64,000 nt of DNA from Thermoanaerobaculaceae bacterium (GTDB lineage Bacteria; Acidobacteriota; Thermoanaerobaculia; Thermoanaerobaculales; Thermoanaerobaculaceae). Within the stretch, counting starts at the first letter, position 1. Each line of letters opens with the position of its first letter. The notes under the pieces were generated by a model. That model was not told the origin of the DNA. It worked only from the letters and a program-made list of their open reading frames with translations, and searched no databases. The translations under genes were made by a program, and so were the position numbers. The stretch covers positions 13,392-77,391 of the forward strand of contig CAVWFZ010000002.1 in NCBI GenBank assembly GCA_963754345.1, given 5' to 3'. This document shows, piece by piece, positions 1 through 8,230 of this stretch.

Positions 1-2
1 CG

Positions 3-770
3 ATGGAGATCGCCAAGGGCGAAACCGGCAAGGTTGGGCCCCTGGCGATCACCTTCGACGGCTTCGACATGTCCGGCTCTCACGGCGATGCACAGCAGGT
101 CTCGATCGGCGCCAAGCTCACCGTTCACAACGGGGCCAGCGAGCAGCAGATCACGCCGCGGCTGACCTCCGGCGAGAAGGGCTTCGTCGGGGAGCCGGTG
201 CCGGTCTCCGGCGTCGCAGGCGTGACGGTTGCCATCACCGGCGTCAACGCGAGCGCCGGGCGGGTCCGACTCGCCCTGACCGGTCTGGGCGGCGGCGTCG
301 CCAAGCGCGCCGTGCTTCACAAGGGCGAGACATTGACCTACCGAGATGCGAAGCTCACGTTCGACGACTTCGACCTCTCCAACTTCGATCCCGAGACAGG
401 GAAGATCAACATCGGCGTCGTGTTCAAGGTGACCGACCCAGCCGGCAAGAGCGGCGAGATCACCTCGGTCTACCACGGCGGTGAGGGCGGCGAAACGCAC
501 GAGGACGCCGCCGTGCCCGGCCTCGCTGGCGTGCGGCTGCGCGTGGGCCGCATGAGCCCCAACGAGAAGACTGTCGAGGTCCAGGTACTCGATCCGAGCG
601 CCCCTGGGGACCCGGGCGAGCCGATGAGCTTCTCGGCGGACGTCACGGTGAAACCGATGATCGGGCTGCTCTGGACCGGGCTCGTCGTGCTCCTGGCGGG
701 AGGCCTGCTGGCCGTTGTCCGGCGGGGCGAGGAGTTCTCGGCGGCCAGCCAACCAGCCTCGGCCTCGTAA
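3..770 (+). CDS. C-terminal fragment of an envelope protein (5' end outside the window), possibly a CcmF-like cytochrome c biogenesis C-terminal domain ending in a transmembrane helix
   Basis: The ORF runs from the window edge. It has a Gly/Val-rich beta-type periplasmic region and then a final hydrophobic helix (IGLLWTGLVVLLAGGLLAV) followed by RRGEE, resembling the CcmF C-terminus. The assignment is by resemblance only. Confidence 0.3.
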   Translation: MEIAKGETGKVGPLAITFDGFDMSGSHGDAQQVSIGAKLTVHNGASEQQITPRLTSGEKGFVGEPVPVSGVAGVTVAITGVNASAGRVRLALTGLGGGVAKRAVLHKGETLTYRDAKLTFDDFDLSNFDPETGKINIGVVFKVTDPAGKSGEITSVYHGGEGGETHEDAAVPGLAGVRLRVGRMSPNEKTVEVQVLDPSAPGDPGEPMSFSADVTVKPMIGLLWTGLVVLLAGGLLAVVRRGEEFSAASQPASAS

Positions 771-837
771 GAACGAGGCTTCAGGCGACGACCGCCACGA
801 CACCCGGGTGTTGAGGGTTGGCCGCTGCAGTTGTACT

Positions 838-1452
838 ATGCGGGAAGTGCGAGGCGTCTTCACGCTCCCCCTCTATCCGCTCCAAGGAGCCGTCCTGCTC
901 CCCGGCGAGCGCGTCAGCGTGCCCTGGGGCCGCGAGGCGATGCGGGCCATTCTCGAGCGCGCCCGCGGCTTCGGCGGTGTGGTCGTGGCCTCGCTCGCGG
1001 ACGGGGAATCCGTGCACGAGGTCGGGGTCACCGCTATGGTTTCTGACGAAGGGGAGGGCGACGCGGCCCTGCACGGCATCAGCCGCTGCCGCCTCCTCTC
1101 GCTGGCCAGCGAGGATGTGACCCTCGTGCGGGCCGAGTCGTACCCCGAGGGGTCGCCGGCCGGGAAGCGGGGCACTCCTGTCGCCAGGCTCCTGCTGTCG
1201 CGCTACTCGCGCCTGTGCCAGCGCCTCGGCAAGGCCCTCGTGACCCCGGCCCGGCGGCAAGATCTGAGCGCGGTCACGTGGCGGATCACCGCAGACCTCG
1301 GCCTCTCGGCGGAAGAGCAACAGGGATTCCTCAACGTCCCGGACCCTTTGACGCGCGGCAAGCTGCTCCTCCTGGCGCTGCGGGAGCTTGAGCGCCGGGA
1401 ACGCTTCCTGCGGCGCTGGACCCATTTGAGGACGACGACAAGCTGGAACTGA
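838..1452 (+). CDS. Lon N-terminal (LON substrate-binding) domain-only protein
   Basis: ATG at 838 (MREVRGVFTLPLYPLQGAVLLPGERVSVPW) matches the Lon-N motif (hPlhPLxxxVlfPg). There is no AAA or protease part. The first ATG of the longer ORF lies in an upstream Arg-rich extension. Confidence 0.55.
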   Translation: MREVRGVFTLPLYPLQGAVLLPGERVSVPWGREAMRAILERARGFGGVVVASLADGESVHEVGVTAMVSDEGEGDAALHGISRCRLLSLASEDVTLVRAESYPEGSPAGKRGTPVARLLLSRYSRLCQRLGKALVTPARRQDLSAVTWRITADLGLSAEEQQGFLNVPDPLTRGKLLLLALRELERRERFLRRWTHLRTTTSWN

Positions 1453-1455
1453 TGG

Positions 1456-2481
1456 GTGGCTATGGCCAAACTTGACACCAATCTCGACGCGTGCCGTCTC
1501 TCGAGCGAAATCCTGCTGCGCCTCCGCAAGATCCTGCGCGAGGCCCTGAATTCCCTGTACGGCAAGAACTGGGAGGAGGCCGGGATTCCGGTCGAGATCC
1601 GGGACTTTCTCGTCCAGCGCCAGGCGAGAGAGGCCAGCATCAACTGGAACCTCAGCGACACCATCGACGTGCTTGACTTTGCCGGCTTCCTCAACCTCTA
1701 CGAAGTCATCGCCGCCAACGAGTTTCTCGTGCAGCGTTTCCTCCCGCTCGCCCCCGATCCGAGCGTGCTGCGGATCCGCTTCCTCGAGCTCGACACGATC
1801 CTCAACCGCATCGCCTACGCCAGGCCGATCTCGGAGGGCGACCTCGGCTTCCTCGTGAGCTTCGACGAACGGCTCAGGAAGACTTCCACCGCCGCAGCGA
1901 CGCCCGAGGAAGTTGCCGCCGCGAAAGCGAGACCTCCGAAGGCCGTGGTTGCGCCCCCACTGCCGGCCGAAGTGTTTACCGCCCCGCCGCCAAAGCCCGC
2001 GGCTCCCGAGCCGAAACCGGCTGCCCCGGAAGCCAGGCAGGCTCCGCCCCCTCCACCGCCACCACGCCCCGAGCCCGAGCCGGCGCCTGCGCCGGCCGTT
2101 GAGGCGCTCCCACCGGCGCCCGGCGCACCAGAGTTCGGGCCCAAGGAGCTCGAAGCGGCGCTCAAGCGCGCCAACGACAAGACGATCCTCGCGGCCCTGT
2201 ACCAGGAGGTCACGGCGCTCGCCGACGGTCTGTGGAACGGCTCGATCCAGGCCCAGCAGGCCAAGACCTGGGAGAAGGTGCGCGAGTCGCAGTGGTACCA
2301 CGACCGTTTCGCCAAGCTGGGCCTGAAGCCGATCTCGGACTTCTTCGGCCTCTTCGAGACCGCCAAGGAGAAGATGCTCTCCGGGACCTCCAAGAACGAC
2401 CTCCAGGAGTTCCTCAAGGAGCACAACTTCGTGCAGGTGCTGCTGGCGCTCAAGTCCCTTTTCAAAGCTCAGAAGGGTTAG
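1456..2481 (+). CDS. Hypothetical protein with a helical N-domain, a Pro/Ala-rich linker ([18 protein letters not shown]) and a conserved C-domain
   Basis: Clean 341-aa ORF with coding-like composition. It sits 3 nt after the previous stop, so it is probably co-transcribed with the Lon-N protein. No confident family assignment. Confidence 0.5.
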   Translation: MAMAKLDTNLDACRLSSEILLRLRKILREALNSLYGKNWEEAGIPVEIRDFLVQRQAREASINWNLSDTIDVLDFAGFLNLYEVIAANEFLVQRFLPLAPDPSVLRIRFLELDTILNRIAYARPISEGDLGFLVSFDERLRKTSTAAATPEEVAAAKARPPKAVVAPPLPAEVFTAPPPKPAAPEPKPAAPEARQAPPPPPPPRPEPEPAPAPAVEALPPAPGAPEFGPKELEAALKRANDKTILAALYQEVTALADGLWNGSIQAQQAKTWEKVRESQWYHDRFAKLGLKPISDFFGLFETAKEKMLSGTSKNDLQEFLKEHNFVQVLLALKSLFKAQKG

Positions 2482-2575
2482 CTTCCGGCACCCTTTCGCG
2501 CCGCCGCATCGCCCGGAGCTACGGCTTGACCCCGTCCAACAGTCTTCCTTCCGAAAACTTTCTTTCATTTCCTTC

Positions 2576-3120
2576 TTTTTGCCCCGCGGGCTGGGAGCAG
2601 TCGCTCGGGCTGCGCATCGAGCGCAGCCCTCCGACCCGCCTCCGCGTGCGACCGAGCAGCGGTGCTCACCGTGGGGCCCCTCGGCGTTCGGGCTGCGCCC
2701 GCCGCCGACACCCCACGGCGATTCGCCGCGCTCGGTTCCCGCGCGCTTCGGCGTGATGGCTCCTGTCGCCCGCGGTGCGGATTTCACCCCCACCCCCCTA
2801 CAGCGCGGGGCGCAACGGGCGGGGGGCGTTCAATCCGCCGGTGCCGCGGGTGGCCAATCCCTCCGAAGCCTGCGGGTACCGGACGCGCGAGCCGCGTTGG
2901 GGAGACGGCGGTGCCGCCTCACGCGAACGCCGAGGGGCCCCGACGCGGATCACGCATTCCGGTCGCAGGCGGAGGAATGTGCGGCCGCAGCGGCTGGGGA
3001 GACGCAAGGCCGCACCCAGCCACCCGCGGGACCGGCACAAACAAGAAGCCGTCACGCAGTGACAAGACAAAGCCGGCCGCGCACCCACGGGGCAACAGAA
3101 ACCCCACGGCAGTGGAAAGG
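2576..3120. repeat. Copy A of a dispersed GC-rich intergenic repeat family (about 545 nt)
   Basis: It starts at TTTTGCCCCGCGGGCTGGGAGCAGTCGCTCGGGCTGCGCATCGAGCGCAGCCC; 83 nt are identical to 27172-27255. The core GGGGGCGTTCAATCCGCCGGTGCCGCGGGTGGCCAATCCCTCCGAAGCC recurs at 27497-27545 and inverted at 63064-63112. The 3' module GCCACCCGCGGGACCGGCACAAACAAGAAGCCGTCACGCAGTGACAAG is shared with 27700-27755, 30446-30490 and 63340-63390. Confidence 0.65.
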
Positions 3121-3126
3121 TGAGCT

Positions 3127-4929
3127 TTAAGGTTTGCGGGCGAGAACCACGAAGTCGCGCGGACCCGAGAGCCAGGCGTCAAGCCGGCCCGCCAGCTCGC
3201 GCACCGCCTCCGGCTGGGAAGGCTTGGCGAGCGCCTGCTCAGGGGGGAACGGCCGCAGCAGCTCCTTCTCGACGACCTTGAGGCCGAGCGCCTTCATCAC
3301 GAACTCAAGCGCCTGCGGATGAACCGGCACCCGGTGAGTGGGGTCCATCCAGAAGAGCCCCGCCCCGACACGCAGCGAATCCGGGTTCGGACACTCGACC
3401 AGCAACAGCCCGCCGGATCGCAACGCCGCCGCGGCGGCCTCGACCACCGACATCCAGGTGGCCGCTTGGAGGTGCTCGAAGACGTGGATGCAGGTGACCG
3501 CGCCAAGGCTTCCTGGTGTGCGATCGCGCAGCGTGGCGAGGGCATCACCCACGTCCGCGGAAAGGCCCAGCCGCCGGCACGCGGCGACCATCGCCGGGTC
3601 GCTGTCCACACCCTGCGCCTCGACCCCGGCGTCGCGGAGCGCCTCCAGGAGCTCCCCGCGGCCGCAGCCGAGGTCCAGCACCGGGCCGGCGCCCGCCAGC
3701 CACGGCACGTAGTCGGCGACGCGCCCGAGGATCTCGGCGCGCTGCCCGCGGAAACTGTCCACGAAACGTCTGGATGCGGCGGCGATCGCGCGCGGGACCT
3801 CGGCCTCGACCGCGGGCTCGACCGAGACCTTCAACGGCTCGTCCTGGGCGATGCGCTCGACGAGCCCGCCGAGCGCGGTGAGGTCCTCGTGGAGAGCATC
3901 CACCAGTGCGTCGGTACGCGCCGCCAGGGCAGGCAGCCGCGCGTCCCGCAGCTCTTCGCCGAGCGCCTGAATCGCGCCCATGACCTTCTGGAGGGCCTCC
4001 ACGGCCCCCTGCAGGCTCAGCAGGTCCTTCTCCACGCGAGGCACGTGTTCGTCGCGCAGCGACTCCAGCTCCCTCTGCTGCGCCTCGGAAGCATTCTGCA
4101 GGCGCAGCAGGTCCTTCTCGACGTGTGGCACGTGCCCGTCTCGCAGCGACTCCAGCTCCTTCTGGATCACCTCGGAGGACCCCTGGAGACGGGCGAGCGC
4201 CTGTTCGGACTGGGGCAGCCGCCGGTCCCGCACCGCTTCCACCTCGCGCTGGATGGTCCCCGCCGTCTCGCTCATGCGATCGACGCGGGCGGAAAGCTCC
4301 GGGAGGGCCCGGTCCCGCACCGCCTCCACCTCGCGCTGGATGGTCCCCGCCGTCTCGCTCATGCGGTCGAGGCGAGCCGACAGCTCTGGGAGGGCGCGGT
4401 CCCGCACCGCCTCCACCTCGCGCTGGATGGTCCCTGCCGTCTCGCTCATGCGGTCGAGGCGAGCCGACAGCTCGGGGATGGTCTGGTCGCGCGCCTGTTC
4501 GAACTCGCCGCGTGTGGCGAGGTAGGCGCTCCGGACGTCCTCGATCACTCCCAGCGTCTGGTCGAGCCTTGTCTCCAGGTGCCGCTGCAGATCCTGGAGG
4601 GCGGCCGACTCGCGCTGCACGTCGGCGGCCAGGGCTGCACCAGCCGCCTCCGTCTCGCTAAACCTCTGTTCGAGCGTTTCCCGCTCCTGCTGGCGTCTGG
4701 CGAGGTCGTGCGCGAGCGTGGCCATGCCCTGATCAAGCCTCGCCATCCCCTGATCGAGCCTGGCCGTGCCCTGATCGAGCCTGCCAAGGTCCTGCCCCAG
4801 GGAGTCCAGCTCGGGGCCGATTGTGCTGAGCACGATGCGCCGCGCCAGGCGCATCAGCCACCCCCGCGGCCTGCCTGCCGGCCGCTCGCTGGGGGACTGT
4901 GCCCCACCCGCGGGGGGATGGCCGCTCAC
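3127..4929 (-). CDS. Coiled-coil protein fused to a class I SAM-dependent methyltransferase domain
   Basis: The C-terminal half has VLDLGCGRGELLEAL (motif I) and a methyltransferase fold. The N-terminal half is heptad-like coiled coil with three perfect 29-aa repeats. It starts 7 nt after the rplI stop, so the true start may be an internal Met (MRLARRIV). Confidence 0.6.
   Translation of the reverse strand: MSGHPPAGGAQSPSERPAGRPRGWLMRLARRIVLSTIGPELDSLGQDLGRLDQGTARLDQGMARLDQGMATLAHDLARRQQERETLEQRFSETEAAGAALAADVQRESAALQDLQRHLETRLDQTLGVIEDVRSAYLATRGEFEQARDQTIPELSARLDRMSETAGTIQREVEAVRDRALPELSARLDRMSETAGTIQREVEAVRDRALPELSARVDRMSETAGTIQREVEAVRDRRLPQSEQALARLQGSSEVIQKELESLRDGHVPHVEKDLLRLQNASEAQQRELESLRDEHVPRVEKDLLSLQGAVEALQKVMGAIQALGEELRDARLPALAARTDALVDALHEDLTALGGLVERIAQDEPLKVSVEPAVEAEVPRAIAAASRRFVDSFRGQRAEILGRVADYVPWLAGAGPVLDLGCGRGELLEALRDAGVEAQGVDSDPAMVAACRRLGLSADVGDALATLRDRTPGSLGAVTCIHVFEHLQAATWMSVVEAAAAALRSGGLLLVECPNPDSLRVGAGLFWMDPTHRVPVHPQALEFVMKALGLKVVEKELLRPFPPEQALAKPSQPEAVRELAGRLDAWLSGPRDFVVLARKP
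4222..4485. repeat. Three tandem 87-bp coding repeats (29 aa each, LPELSARLDRMSETAGTIQREVEAVRDRA) inside the methyltransferase gene
   Basis: Period-87 near-identity is visible directly at 4222, 4309 and 4396. Confidence 0.85.
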
Positions 4930-4935
4930 CGCGAC

Positions 4936-5397
4936 CTATGCCTCGCTCTCGGGGGCCTCGGGCTGTATGTGCAGGGTCACCGGCACACGCACGTCGCGGT
5001 GGAGGTGGATCTCGGCAGTGAAGGTGCCCAGGCGCTTGATGTGCTGGGCCAGGGCGATCCGCCGGCGCTCCACTGTGATCCCGCGCTCGGCCAGCGCGTC
5101 GGCAATGTCCGACGCGGTGACCGAGCCGTAGAGGATGTCCTCGTCACCGGCTCGCCGCTTAAAGGTCAGCTCGATGCCGGCGAGGTTCGCGGCCATCGCC
5201 TCGGCCTCGGTCTTTTCCTTGGTCTGCTTGACCACCCAGCGCTTCGTCTCCTGCTTGAAGCGGGTCAGGTTGGCGGCCGTGGCCTCATAGGCGAGTCCCT
5301 TGGGAAACAGGTAGTTCCTGGCGAAGCCGGGTTTGACTTCGACGGTTGCGCCGCGGTCGCCGAGATGCTCCACGTGGTCGTTCAAAATAACCTTCAT
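4936..5397 (-). CDS. rplI: 50S ribosomal protein L9
   Basis: MKVILNDHVEHLGDRGATVEVKPGFARNYLFPKGLA is the L9 signature. The ATG at 5397 overlaps the upstream gene's stop as ATGA. The longer ORF's N-terminal extension is an artefact. Confidence 0.85.
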   Translation of the reverse strand: MKVILNDHVEHLGDRGATVEVKPGFARNYLFPKGLAYEATAANLTRFKQETKRWVVKQTKEKTEAEAMAANLAGIELTFKRRAGDEDILYGSVTASDIADALAERGITVERRRIALAQHIKRLGTFTAEIHLHRDVRVPVTLHIQPEAPESEA

Positions 5398-6353
5398 GCT
5401 TCGGTTCCTCCGTCGTCTGCTCCACCGCGGCGCAGGCGGAAAAAAGCGTCGACCAGACCGAGGGCGGAGAACACCAGCGCCACCGGAATCTGGAGGGCGA
5501 ACACCACGACGCCCAGCCGCACCCACCGGTTTCCACCGAACCGGCGCCCGAGGTAGAAAAGGATGATAGCGAGACCGTGCACGAAATACAACCCGAGCAC
5601 GGTCACCAACAAGTTTGCAGCCAGCCACTTGGCTGGTTCCGTTGCGAACACCCAGCCGAGCCCGCCGACGACAAAGCCGACCGGCAGCCACTCCTCGGAG
5701 GTGTAGAGGGGGAAGGGCTCAGAGCCCCGTGGGAGACCCAGCATGGGTAGCCGGGGCCGCAGCCAGAGCGCGCTCGTCAGCACGTAGAGAGCCGCGAAGG
5801 CGGGCGTGAGGTAGGCAGCCACGTGCATGGCGCGGGCCACGAGATCCTCTCCCTCGACTCCCTCGCCCAGCAGCCGGACCAGCTCGCCGGCCCCGGCCGT
5901 CATGCGCGCGAACAGCTGCACCAGCGCTTCCCCGGGCATCGTCGGCCAGAACACCGCGGTCACCACACCGGCCGAGATGGCAAGCGCGACGAGCGCGACG
6001 ATCGCGGCCCAGCGGCCCGTGTTCCAACTGTGGCGGAGCCAGGTCTCCACCGAGACCGCAGGCCAGACGGCGACCAGCAGGTAGCCGACAAACGCCGCCA
6101 CCAGCCAGGGCGCCTGGTACAGGAACACCGCGGACGCCAGGCCGATGGCCACCCAGCCCCAGGCCACGAACGACGTGCGGCCGGTCGCCACCACGTGCAC
6201 CAGCGGCAGGGGAGCCAGAAGGGCAAGGAAAACCCCGGCGATGGGCAGCAACGGCAGGCTCGCGAAGACCAAAAGCGAGAATAAACCCGCCATCCCCGGG
6301 CCGAACACACGCAGGGATGGCGGTTTGGGGGCAGCCGGCGAGGACGCCATCAA
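5394..6353 (-). CDS. DUF2232 (YybS-like) polytopic membrane protein
   Basis: 319 aa with at least 8 hydrophobic helices. It lies between rpsR and rplI, as yybS does in many bacteria. Confidence 0.7.
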   Translation of the reverse strand: MMASSPAAPKPPSLRVFGPGMAGLFSLLVFASLPLLPIAGVFLALLAPLPLVHVVATGRTSFVAWGWVAIGLASAVFLYQAPWLVAAFVGYLLVAVWPAVSVETWLRHSWNTGRWAAIVALVALAISAGVVTAVFWPTMPGEALVQLFARMTAGAGELVRLLGEGVEGEDLVARAMHVAAYLTPAFAALYVLTSALWLRPRLPMLGLPRGSEPFPLYTSEEWLPVGFVVGGLGWVFATEPAKWLAANLLVTVLGLYFVHGLAIILFYLGRRFGGNRWVRLGVVVFALQIPVALVFSALGLVDAFFRLRRGGADDGGTEA

Positions 6354-6363
6354 CGGCGCTCTC

Positions 6364-6594
6364 TCAGTCCCCCAGGAATGGCAGCAGCGCCATCAAGCGT
6401 GCCCGCTTGATCGCCCGGGTCAACTTGCGCTGGTAGATCGGGTTGGTGCCGGACACCCGCCGGGGGAGGATCTTGCCGGACACGGGTACGTACTGCCTGA
6501 TGAGCTCGATGTCCTTGTAGTCGATGTACTCGATCCCCTCAGCCGTGAACTTGCAGGTCTTCTTCCGCTTGACGAAGTACTTCTTCTTCGACAT
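6364..6594 (-). CDS. rpsR: 30S ribosomal protein S18
   Basis: [36 protein letters not shown]...[18 protein letters not shown] is the canonical S18 sequence. Confidence 0.9.
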   Translation of the reverse strand: MSKKKYFVKRKKTCKFTAEGIEYIDYKDIELIRQYVPVSGKILPRRVSGTNPIYQRKLTRAIKRARLMALLPFLGD

Positions 6595-6595
6595 C

Positions 6596-7000
6596 TCAGG
6601 CCTCCTCGGCAGGGGCTGCCGCCGCCGCCGCCCCGGCGCGCCGTTCCCTCTTCTCGCGCTTGGCGGCCTTATGCTCCGCCCGCACCTTCTCCATCTTGCG
6701 GGCGCGCTGCATCTCGCGGTCGAGGTTCAGGTTGAGGAACCGCAGCACCTGGTCGGAGAGCTTGAGCCTGTACTCCAGCGGCTTCACCGCAGTGCCGGGG
6801 CCTTCGTACTGCCAGAAAACGTAGAAGCCCTCACGGACGTGCTTGATGGTGTAGGCAAGCGTGCGCTTGCCCCAGACGTCCTCTTTGACGATGGAGGCGC
6901 CCTCCTTGGCAAGGAGGTCCTTCAGCTCGCCCAGGTAGGCGATGCGCTCTTCGTCCGACAGGTTGGGGCTCAAAATGACACCAAGTTCGTACAGCGGCAT
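6596..7000 (-). CDS. rpsF: 30S ribosomal protein S6
   Basis: An internal ATG at 7000 preceded by AAGGAG gives [30 protein letters not shown] (S6) with an Ala/Lys-rich tail. The upstream 132 codons of the ORF are non-coding. Confidence 0.9.
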   Translation of the reverse strand: MPLYELGVILSPNLSDEERIAYLGELKDLLAKEGASIVKEDVWGKRTLAYTIKHVREGFYVFWQYEGPGTAVKPLEYRLKLSDQVLRFLNLNLDREMQRARKMEKVRAEHKAAKREKRERRAGAAAAAAPAEEA

Positions 7001-7302
7001 GTCGTCTCCTTTCGGCCTTCGGCCCCCGCTTCGAGGCGGGAGCAAGGGGTCCGCCATGCCCGGCGGAGGGTGTATTTTACTGGAAGCCCTGAAAAAGGCA
7101 AGCCCACGCGGTGAAACGTGCGCGAAGTGACTCCCCATTGCCCTGAGCGGTGGAACTGAACACGAGGGACGGCAGGCCCACGTCCGGCAGCGACCGGCCA
7201 CTGGGCGCCTTCGTTCGTAGTGACCGCCCGCCGGGCGGCTGCTCGCGGTCAAGCCGCGGATGAGATGTGGGGCGCGACCGCCGGGCGCGCGGAGGCCTCG
7301 TA

Positions 7303-7569
7303 TTAGCGCTCGGCGACCTTGAGGACCCAGCAGTACGAGCCGTCGGACCAGGTGATCCTGGATTCGCTGCCGATCCGCACCGTGGCGTTCTCGCACTTCG
7401 CCTCGTGGCTACAATGCTCGGTCCACACCACGGTCTTGTTTTTGGCGCGGTACATGTTCTCGCCGATCTTGTCGACGCAGGTGAGGCTCAGGGTGCGGTC
7501 CTCGCCCAACCCCGCTGGCGAGACCGCGATGAACGCAACGACGGCCGCGATAAGCAAGCCTCGTCTCAT
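7303..7569 (-). CDS. Small secreted cysteine-containing protein (88 aa, hypothetical)
   Basis: ATG at 7569 after GGGAGG. Signal peptide MRRGLLIAAVVAFIAVSPAG, then a mature part with four Cys (CVDK...CSHEAKC...CWVLK). Local GC is lower than the flanks. Confidence 0.45.
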   Translation of the reverse strand: MRRGLLIAAVVAFIAVSPAGLGEDRTLSLTCVDKIGENMYRAKNKTVVWTEHCSHEAKCENATVRIGSESRITWSDGSYCWVLKVAER

Positions 7570-7627
7570 GTGGTTGCCTCCCGTTGCGCGGAGTATCGCA
7601 CAGGGAATGTTCGCGGGGGTGGTTCGG

Positions 7628-8212
7628 TCAGGGGTCCGGGGTCGTGGCGGCTGCCTGGTTGAACTGGGTGGCGGCGCGCGGGATGCCCAGGCGCAGGACG
7701 GCCTCGACGCAGTCGGCGGCACGCCTGACCATCGCGGCCACCGCCTCCCGTTCGTCCTTCTCGAAAGGCGCGAGGACGTACTCGGCGAGATCGTCCCACG
7801 GGCACTCTCCGCGGACCCCCAGGCGCAGACGCGGGAACCCTTCGCCGACGGCGTCCACGATCGAGCGCAGCCCGTTGTGGGTGCCGGGGCCGCCGCGCTG
7901 GCGCAGCCGGAGATGCCCGAGCGGCAGGTCGACATCGTCCACCATCACCAGACACTGCCGGGGGTCGAGCTCCGCACCTTCGCAGAAGAGGGCCAGGGCC
8001 TCGCCCGAGAGATTCATGAAGGTCTGCGGCTTGACGAGCCAGGTCGGCCGGCCGCCGCTGCGTCGAGCCACCTTGGCGCGGTAGCGGTTTCGCCACGTGT
8101 CCATGCGCCAGCGGCGGGCCATCTCGTCCACCGCCGCAAAGCCCACGTTGTGGCGCGTTGCCGCGTACTCCGCGCCGGGGTTGCCCAGCCCCACGACCGC
8201 CGCGATGTCCAT
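7628..8212 (-). CDS. pth: Peptidyl-tRNA hydrolase
   Basis: MDIAAVVGLGNPGAEYAATRHNVGF...GTHNGLRS carries the Pth catalytic motifs. Confidence 0.85.
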   Translation of the reverse strand: MDIAAVVGLGNPGAEYAATRHNVGFAAVDEMARRWRMDTWRNRYRAKVARRSGGRPTWLVKPQTFMNLSGEALALFCEGAELDPRQCLVMVDDVDLPLGHLRLRQRGGPGTHNGLRSIVDAVGEGFPRLRLGVRGECPWDDLAEYVLAPFEKDEREAVAAMVRRAADCVEAVLRLGIPRAATQFNQAAATTPDP

Positions 8213-8230
8213 CTGTGCGAGGCGCGCGTA

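Noticed and set aside
1456-1900. The N-terminal domain of the 341-aa protein might be a HEPN (Swt1-like) nuclease domain
   Set aside because: No Rx4-6H motif could be found, and helical composition alone is insufficient.
2560-2595. A T-run next to the GCCCCGCGGGC palindrome at the repeat 5' ends could be an intrinsic terminator
   Set aside because: The T-run precedes the palindrome on the plus strand, and an A-run follows it on the minus strand. In neither direction is it hairpin then U-tract.
2579-3130. ORFs running through repeat copies A and B (2579-3130, 2662-3123, 27070-27441 and 27060-27479 minus) share the peptide GGSEGCARCAARATAPSPRGKK
   Set aside because: The shared peptide comes from 83 nt of identical DNA. 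There is no start context and the frames differ between copies, so these are treated as non-coding repeats.
3319-5556. 745-aa plus-strand ORF antisense to rplI and the methyltransferase. Similar long antisense ORFs occur at 7319-9196, 10076-11539, 12956-14887, 25401-27572, 25664-27748, 41670-44111 and 781-2793 (minus).
   Set aside because: They are Arg/Gly/Pro-rich and have no domains. They lie exactly opposite well-supported genes. Stop-free antisense frames are expected at 70% GC.
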